A DNA stretch of 60,426 bases, the filler included, from Basidiobolus ranarum (taxonomy: Eukaryota): NCBI GenBank assembly GCA_040143965.1. It is 4 parts of 4 records of this genome, joined end to end, with 100 filler letters (N's around TTAATTAATTAA, not from the genome) between each part and the next. Parts side by side here need not be neighbours in the genome. Positions count along the whole stretch, not along the records: positions 45,423 to 60,426 come from JASJQH010007274.1; 3 more parts are not named here. One strand, given 5' to 3'. Below the pieces are notes generated by a model, which saw nothing but the letters and a program-made list of their open reading frames with translations, made no database searches and was not told the origin of the DNA. Position 1 is the first letter of the stretch. Each line of letters starts with the position of its first letter. The position numbers and the translations under genes are program-made. Shown piece after piece: positions 51,679 through 60,426 of this stretch.

Positions 51679-53430
51679 TGATAAGTGTTTAGGGGATTTG
51701 GAAGTGTTTTGGACACAATTTGGCTTTGTGAATTAGACATCTCAGTCTTTTTGAATTGAATATGGCCTATTTGTAGTTTACTATGAAACAGGACTATAGG
51801 ATGTGCTTAGATCTTAACAACCATGCCTGTTAAGCATGGGTGAAAATTTGAGGTGATTTGGAGAAGTCTTGAGAAAATAGTGAAAATTGGTAAAAGTGAT
51901 CTGATTGATATTTCTGTCAACTAGAGCAATAAGCACATATTTTTGAATGGCAGAATTGAGTGCTAATTAATCAGAATATGAACAAACTAACTACAAAATA
52001 TTGAGTTGCTATTTACCTAATTTTAAAATCATCCAATTTTCCAGCTGGTGTAGCTAGATTTTAGTCCAAATTGAGCATAACTGTGCACTTACCAACTGCA
52101 AATAGTGCATCATCATCACCTAAGTTGACTTTACTTTTTCACATGGGTTTTAAGCTTGAAACCAACCTTTTTTGTCTGACATATGCTGGGAAGCTCCTGA
52201 ATAGATGTACCATGTTTCTAAGTCTCCCTTAGTAGTTACTGATAGGGCAGATACATATAGATGTTCCGTATCAGTGTTGACTTAATTTTCTTGTTTTGAT
52301 TTTAGCTTTTTGGCAAATATCCTTTATGGCAATCTTCCATTAAATGTCCTGGTTACTTGCAATGCCTGCAAATGATTCATTTCCTATTAGAGGAACCATC
52401 TTTAAAGTCTGTTGGACATTTTACAGCTCCAAAAAATGCCTGCTCTGCATTATTTTGCTGAGAATTTTATCTCCTTGATTCTTCATTCAAAATCCTAGCA
52501 CCAACATGTTCAAATTTAAATAGCTCTGATCTACTAGATTCAGCAGAAATAATGAGATTCCTAAACTTGTCTGGCAGGCTCCCAAGTAGTGTCATGACTA
52601 AGTCATCTTCACTTAGAGGTACCCCAATGGATGAGAGCTGATCAGCCCTAGTTTTAACTGATTTGTATGGTTGATCATAAAATCATCAGAATTCATCAGA
52701 ATTGAGAATAACTTTCACTCAACATATGGCATACTAGCCAGACTTTTAGTCTCATCACAAGTTTGTCAAGTGTTTCCCAAGTAGCTTGGTTGCTCTGAGC
52801 TGAGTGTATTTGCCTCAATTGAGAGTCTCTGAAATGTAGAGAAAGTGTAGAGAAGGCTTTCTTCAGCTTCTTGATGGAGGCAAGAATAGCTTGTAGTGGT
52901 CCCTTTGGCCCTGTTTTCTTCTTCTGTGACAAATCCCCAAAGGTCTTTGTCTTCTTCACCATTTGCATATTAAACTTCCAAAGATGAAAGTCTTCACCAT
53001 CAAACTAGTTTGCGGATGAAAAAAGTTGTTAATAACACTGGTAGACATTCCCTTAACACCTAGCTTGGGGCTCATAATTGATGAATGTGTTCAAGGGATT
53101 TGGAAGTGTTTTGCAGAAGATTTGGATTTGTGAATCAGACACTTCAGTTTTTTTGAATTGAATATGGCCAATCTATAGTTTACTATGAAATAGGACTATA
53201 GGATGTGCTTAGATCTTAACAACAATGCCTGTTAAGCATGGGTGAAAATTTGAGGTGATTTGGCGAAGTTTGGAGAATATAGTGGAAATAGATAAATGTC
53301 ATCTGATGGATAATTGTATTGATCTGAGCAATAGACACATGTTTTTAAATGGCAGAATTGAGTGCTAAATAATCTGAATATGAATAAGCTCACTGCTACA
53401 TAAGGAGTTGCTATTTAACTAATTTCAACA
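51679..53430 (-). mobile_element. Internally deleted copia element: LTR (53079-53430), PBS, decayed gag, LTR (51679-52028); LTR family B; further partial LTR at 51402-51560
   Basis: Two ~350-bp diverged direct repeats; minus strand reads LTR-CA, ATTATGAGCCCC, then ATG and gag N-terminus FDGEDFHLWKFNMQM and LSEDDLVMTLLGSLPDKF. Confidence 0.82.
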
Positions 53431-53459
53431 TTTTCAATCATTGGCAAAGTAAGTATACT

Positions 53460-56100
53460 GGAAACTGATAGTCTAGATAGTGTTTCTGTTGAACTTTACT
53501 CAACAATAGATATACTATGCAATTGGAGTATTACAATCACTTCACTTGCACTTTTGCTAGAAAGGAACACATTTGGAAAATTGAATAATGCCTCATCAAT
53601 TCTTAAGTAAGTTTCCAGCAAGTTAATGCTTTCTGAAGTGGATAGTAGATTACAGCACTGCTCATCAAATAGGTCCTCTGTTCTTACCAGCTTTTTTCCT
53701 TGTGTACCATCAGGCTTCTGCTTGGAAGCCAATTTTGACTCGGATTTTGAATACTTTTTAAGTGGCATTGAAATTATCAGATAATCAACCTGGTGTAATG
53801 AAATTGCTTAGAAACAGCATGTTGTTTTCTGTTTCTGACAGTTTTGTTTTGGATTTTGAGTGCTTCTCAAATGGCATTGAAATATTCCAATGGTAAACTC
53901 AAAGTATTGTCAACACTGCTGAATGTCCTGATATTGTGGAGCTACCAAAGTTATACAACCAGAATGTCACACGTAGAAATGCAACTTTGGCCAAATCAGT
54001 AAGTCCAGACAACTTTTAGGATATGGTTATTTATTTCAGTAATTCTGGTGGTCTATCAGAACATCAAAAAGAAGACAATGGTTTTGTTATTGACTCATTG
54101 TTATTGGCAAGCATTAGTCCCCTCATAACACTTACAGTAAAGAAAGCTGCTTTTATTATTGAGATTCAAAGAGTTCAATATAATTTTAGCAACCGGATGT
54201 TTAGACGTTTTCTTACACTTTTACCACAGTTGATTAGCAACTGTTGCTTGCCACAGCCTGGTGCAAGTGGAAAACACTGGTCAATTGTATGACTCTTAAT
54301 CCTTCAGTAATTAGACTACCTATATGTCTACATAGTTGTTTGCTTTCACCAGTGATCCAGAAAAACATGAAGTTAAATATTGTTTGCACATAATTTCAAT
54401 CACTGAGTTAGGTAACTATTGCTCATATTTAGCATACTTATGGTTGATTCTCTGTCTTAAAGTATTGACACAAACCACCCTAGTATAAATCATCAATCTA
54501 TTACCAAATTACCCACCATAAAGCCAATGGTATTATTGATATACATGATGGATATCACTACCAGAATATGAAAGGTCAAGGTTTCTTTGAGAATGCACAT
54601 GATCAAGCATTTGCATTGGCTCTAGATATTTTCTCACCAAACAAATATACTGCTGCAAATGCTTGTAGGCCAATAATTTAATCAACTTAAATATGCATCT
54701 TTCTGAACAATATAGGAGTAATTACATTGTGATACTATCTATCACATATGGGCGCACATCACCAGTGCTTATAGATGGCTTTTTGGATTGTTTGATTGCA
54801 GAATTTGAACTGTTGTCTAATGGAGTTCAGATGGGTGAAAATATTTTATATAACTAATATCATTGTAAGTATTGGTGCCACTCCTGCCATCAGTAAACTT
54901 GGAGGTTTTTATGGGCATAATTCACTATCTTGTGGTAGGTTAGGTCAAGTCAATGGTGTTTACTCTACCAGTTGTACATATTACTACTATCCAAATACCA
55001 CACTTAACTCCTTGATGTGATTATCAAGAGGCCTATAAGATGTTAACATACTTGCTGACATCTATTCACCAAGGAATCAGTCTAACATCAAACTTGTGAT
55101 AAGCTGTAGGCCTAGGTTTATATTGTTAAAGGGGATCAGCTGGAGCCAGAGCTTCCCATTGGACACTAAGTACTTACTATTCTATAACATTCAAATTTAC
55201 TCACTCAAATGCATAGTGGAAAATTTAGTCCGAATGAGCCATTGGAGATAGGATCAAAGTTTGAATTCATTGTGAAAAAGTTGAAAACATCGAGATAGCC
55301 TCATTTTTTACCAGAACTCCCATCAATATCAATCATCTAGGCTTTTATTCAATTGGAAAAACTGGAAGTGTTGGATTTTTATATATTTAAGTGGAATCTG
55401 GAAAAGATTTCTGCCTGATAAGTATGTGAAACATTGGGAGTTGTTTGTGGATATGGTTAATATATTCCTGTGGCATCAACTTACATTGGGAGATATCAGG
55501 CAGATGCAGCACCTATGTGAATATTTTGTAATTGGACACAAAAAGCTTTATATACAGGTTTAAAGAAGATAGATCAAATCTATGCTGGTAGTCAATACAT
55601 TCCCTGCTGCATCTCTTCCAATGCTGAGGGAGTATAGGCCCATGCTACACACTCTGGGAGTTCCCAATGGAGTGTTCCTATGGTTAAATGATGCTCTCTG
55701 TGAGATTGTCAGTATTATTATATGCTAATCTGATGAAAAATGTATCAGCAAAGTCAGTTATGGATGTAATGCAATGGGTTGAGGGCATTCAAACTATATT
55801 AACCTTCCAACAAAGGGCTCTTTTCAATGTGGTCAAGGGTTTTTGCATTGTATGAGTGCAATCATAGCACTAAAACCCAATCTATGGACTCAGAGTAAGT
55901 ATCTCTATAACTTGGACTAATTTTCTTGTGTGTCAATCTGACAGTATTTCCAGGGAAGCTGCAAGACAGACTTCTTGGTGAGATACATCAAGATATGCAG
56001 TATTATTTGTTGGAGGATCTTCACATAATGGGGGTAGACTTTGTGTAATAGAAGCAACTTATGATAGTGTGTTTTAGGTACTTTATTCTTTAAGAGTATA
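53460..56100 (+). mobile_element. Degenerate CACTA/EnSpm-like (Transposase_21-type) transposase
   Basis: Fragments DQAFALALDIFSP, INLNMHLSEQYRSNYIVILSI, GATPAISKLGGFYGHN, ENWKCWIFIY..LPDKYVKHWELFV, PCYTLWEFPME resemble conserved Tnp2-family blocks; boundaries approximate. Confidence 0.75.
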
Positions 56101-56298
56101 TGGTTACTTACATAGTAGAAAAGTAAATCAATTGTCTTACAAACTCAGGAGTTTGTGTAATAAGATAAAATAGATGAGTAGGGTTAATAAGACATACTTG
56201 TTTTATAGATACAGAGATATTTCTATTTAAAATATAGGGGCTACAGATATATTGCTTTCTGTGTCTGATTTATGTATTATTACAAAAGTTAACTAAGA

Positions 56299-59200
56299 TG
56301 TTGAATTAATATTTATTATCCAACACTTTCCCTTATTTCTTATTTAGCATTGCGCTGATATTTACTAACGCCTATGCCTGCTCCTAACTTCTGAATGCTT
56401 GAAGTTTCAATGGTTATGTTAGTACATCTGCAAGCATGTTAGCAGTATTGCAATAAATAAAGTTTACTTCTTTGTCTTGAACTTTCTCTTATGTGAGGTG
56501 ATGTCTGTGCTCTATATGTTTCATCCATGAATGATGCTCAGGATTTTTTAGTAATCTGAATACAACTAATGTCATCCTGATATATAGGCGCAGGATTAAC
56601 TTAATCATATCCTAGTTCCTTGAGAAGACTCCTTTGCCATACAGCTTCTTGAGCAGCCATAGAGCTTTCCATATAATCTGCTTCTGTAGTAAATAATGCA
56701 ACAGCTTGTTGCTTCTTACTAATCCATCCTGTTGGCCCACCTTCTAGCTCAAGCACATATCAAGTTCTGGACTTACGGTCTTCTGTTTTGTGAACCCAGT
56801 CTGCATCAGCATATCTTTCCAAAATAAGTGACATGCTGTATTGCTTAATAAATTGAATTCCATGATGTATTGTTCCTTTCAGATAGGGTACTATCTGCTT
56901 CATGGCTATCCAATGTTCCATTACAGGATTTGACATATATTTGCCTACTATGCTTACTATTGTAGGAATATCAGGACTAGTACCAGCTGTTGCATATATG
57001 AGACTTCCAACTGCACTAAAGTGAAGATTATGTTTCATGATTTTACTATCTAGAGTGGTCTTTGGTTCCATATCCTCAATGTGTTTCAGCATACATAGTG
57101 GGTTTGAAGCTGTTCACCATTCTGCCTTATTGAATCTGTTTAAAACATCTCCTATATATTTTTCTTGTGTATTACTGAGTGTTTTGTTGTTGTAATTTTG
57201 ATATATCTGCTTTACAAGACAATATGCCATTGATCCAAGATCTTGCATTATAAACTTGGTAGATAGCCAGGTTCAAGTGTATTTTGTCAGATTTGATAAA
57301 TTAATGACTATGATGATATCATCAGCATACAGAGCAAGTATGACTTTGGTGGCTTTCATAGTCTTGAAGTATATGCAATGATCAGCTTTGCTACCATGGA
57401 AACAATGTCTCAGGGAGATCTGATTGATTTTAGTATTCCATGTGGAAGGAACCTGTTTCAGATCATATAGACATATCTGTAGTTTACCTGCTTGATGTTC
57501 ATTTCCTTTTGCAATATATCCCTTTGGTTGTTTTATGTATTAATCTTCTGAGTTAAGTTTCAGTTTCAGCATCCATCTGTTACCAATAGTTTTTCTTCCT
57601 ATAGGTAAGTTCATAAAGATCTGTGTGTTTTTCTTGATTAGAGAGTGAATTTTGTCATCAGTGGCTTTTCTTGATTCTGTTGCTTCATCAAATTTCAGAG
57701 CTTATGTCAAATTTTCTGGTTCAGAAAATCCTATATGTGCAGATATGTTCCACCCTTTTTAGAATTGAACCTGTTGATTTCATGCTTGGATTTAAGCCAT
57801 CCAAAGTCCTTTGTAGAATGGTCAGATGTTTAGCTTACAGGATGTTTTGGATTTACACCTAGTAGGTTTATTGAACCGGATTGCCAGAGTTTTGTGATTC
57901 ATTACATACTTCCAATATATGAATGCATCCACTATCAGCCATATGGAGAGTAGGATATTTCTTGGCTTGTTTCTGAGCCCAACTTCCTGATTCCAGGTTG
58001 GCTGGAATCATAATCTTTTTCTGATTACCTTTTTTTTCACTGACTGAGATAATATGCTGATTTCCAGAAGGTGGTTCCAAATTATCAGTATCCTCACAAT
58101 AAATATCAGGTTTCCTGGTATAAATTGGTGCATTTTCAGTGTTGCCTAATGTTTTACTACTTGTATAGGTACTTGATTCCAAAATATCATATAATAGTTT
58201 GTTCTCTTTAGTGTTAGTATTTGTAGTGAAGTCTGAAACCAGATTATTTCTTCTTGGTTTTCTGCTAGGAATATTCATCACAGGGATTGGTAATTATTTG
58301 AGCTTTGTCAAATATTTATTGGTGGCTGATGTTTTAGACCTTCTCCTAGATGTGATATTTTCTAAATTTGGATGATGTTGATAGATAGTTTCAGATCCAT
58401 ATTTTGGCCTAATTCCAGTATCTAGTTCCAATGTTTCATTTTCCAAGTTGGTTTCAATATTTGATAGCTCAAGAATGGCTTCAGAACTTATTAACTTAGA
58501 GTTTAAGTTGTTGATAAATTGCTTTTTAGCCGAAATCAATTTCCCCAAATTAGAAGATTTGAAATTTTCTCCAATCAACATAGTATCTCTGGAGTTAATG
58601 ATTTGATTCATGCCAGCAGTAAGGAGACAATAGCCTTTGTTCTGATATCCTAATAAGATACATATAATTGCCTTTTTGTCTAATTTCCTATGCCAAGGTT
58701 TAGGAGTATATAGCCTATACTATTGATCCAAATATTCTGAGATGTTACAGATCAGGCTTGGTGCAGTCCAGATTTCAATAGAAGTTTTAGAGTCATGGTT
58801 GCTGCATGTTGGACTTCAATTTGGAGATATATAGCTGTTAAAATTGCTTCACCCCAACAAGTCTCAGGCAGATCTGAATCAATCAGCATTGTACATGCTT
58901 TCTCTACTAAAGTCCTATTCATCCTTTCTGCAACTCCATTATGTTCTGCACTCTATGGAAAAGCAAATTGCTGCTGAATTCCCTTTGTTTACAAAAGCTA
59001 GTCATAGCTTCATTGCTATATTCAGTTCCATTATCACTGTTTAGGTATTTGTTTTTCTTCCTGTTATGGTTATGACCGTTGCCTCATTTAACTTGAAATA
59101 TTGAGACACTTCTCCTTGGCTCAACAAAAGATATGAAACTGTGAAGTGAGATATATTATTAATAAAGATGAGTAAATATTGTTGCTTACTTGGTGTCAGA

Positions 59201-59880
59201 GTTTGCTCTGGGCCCCATAAGTCTGTATGAATAGGATATAATATCTCTTTAGCTTTGCCAGCTCCTTCCTTTGGAAATGGTTTTCTGATGATTTTCACTT
59301 AAATGCAGCTCTCACATTTAATAATATCTGAGGGCTTAAGATCCATTCCAGTGCATAGGCTATTGTTATACAGGAGTTTCACACTACTTTATCTTAGATG
59401 ACCCAAGCACTGATGCTAAGTTATCAAATTTCCAGAAGTAATTGTTGCAATGTTTGAAACAGTGTCAATTATGGGTGCAATATCCAGGTGATATAGGTTC
59501 TCATTTCTTGTTCAAGCTCCTACTATCAGGCCTTTTGATTTGTACATAGTTGCTTTCCCTTGGCTAAATTTAAAAACTTAATGTTTCTCTTCAATTACTC
59601 CAATTGAAAATATAGTTGTTGTAAATGATGGTATATATAAGAGATCTTCTAAGATCACCATTATACTTGTTGTTTTGTTTATTTGTAAGTCAAGTGTTAC
59701 CTTTCCCATTCCATATGCAGCCAGTTTGTTTCTTCCCACTGCCATGATGGCCTATTTCTGTATAGTCAGCATTATGTTTCTACAGAGACACATATGATCA
59801 CTTGCACCAGAATCCAGAATCCACACATCAGCAGGGTCATTTCTTGACTTAGAGTCTGCAATAAGTACATATTGTTCATT
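56299..59880 (-). mobile_element. Degenerate Ty1/copia pol (protease, integrase, RT, RNase H), PPT and LTR remnant
   Basis: WILDSGASDHMC, IHTDLWGP, ILALYADDIII, SAVGSLIYA, YADADW..DRKSRT; polypurine tract AGAAATAAGGGAAAG abuts TGTTG at 56325. Confidence 0.9.
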
Positions 59881-59949
59881 TCCTCCCTTAATGATGTTAT
59901 ATGCTCCCTAACAAAAATGTTAGGATAGTTATTGTAGGAAAACCATCAC

Positions 59950-60303
59950 AATTTTAATCCATTTTTGATTGACTATTTACTTGCTGTTGTAACATTGTTG
60001 AGTTAGACTTGATTTTGATCAATATTTTTGGTTTCAGGAGTGAAATTTCAAACTCTGGCAAAATAATGCACATGATTGGCTACAATCTCAGAGAACTACG
60101 GATCAACCCATGTCCAAAAAATGTGTCTCAAATTTTACACTTTCACACTTGCATGCTCATTTGTCATCTTTGAAATCCCTAGTTTTTTTGATATATTCTC
60201 TTGAATATTTTTTTAGAGTTCTTTGTACCCAAGATTTAACCCATATCCAACACAAGTTTGTATCAATATCTTCATCAAAGCCCACCATTGTATTGACATT
60301 GCT
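59950..60303 (+). repeat. Direct copy of 49662-50008
   Basis: Direct sequence comparison. Confidence 0.85.
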
Positions 60304-60426
60304 GATTCAACACTCTTCCAGCATTTGGGCAGCTAGTTGAGAAGTGTTGGATAAACCTCCAAATTTATCACTCTTCCAACTGGTGTACCTGGTTACTTGG
60401 TGAAATTAAACCGTTTTGCGTGTATA

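Overview
AT-rich, intron-rich eukaryotic DNA, most consistent with an early-diverging fungus (inferred from gene content, short GT-AG introns and a Ty5-type PBS). The window is not one locus: three identical 100-bp N44-TTAATTAATTAA-N44 spacers separate four contigs of descending length (15066, 15032, 15024, 15004 bp). Contig 1: AIP-like FKBP-TPR protein, uracil-DNA glycosylase, Nrd1/Mrn1-like 4xRRM protein, LTR relics. Contig 2: partial BUD13, eIF3d, a 13-repeat PPR protein, SHPRH/Irc20-like SNF2-RING protein, nested copia LTRs with a half-tRNA primer site, a decayed LINE. Contig 3 (gene dense): partial RPL8, HD-domain protein, TyrRS, calmodulin, mannose-6-phosphate isomerase, a Rad53/Chk2-like kinase, an Msc2/ZnT5-like CDF zinc transporter, a partial SprT/GCNA-like protease. 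Contig 4: CpG-depleted transposon graveyard (three copia relics, a CACTA-like transposase). The most notable observations are a checkpoint kinase that appears to carry three FHA domains (SCD-FHA-kinase-FHA-FHA) and a copia LTR family with half-tRNA(iMet) priming that has inserted into its own LTR in inverted orientation. All exon structures were read by hand; no searches were run.
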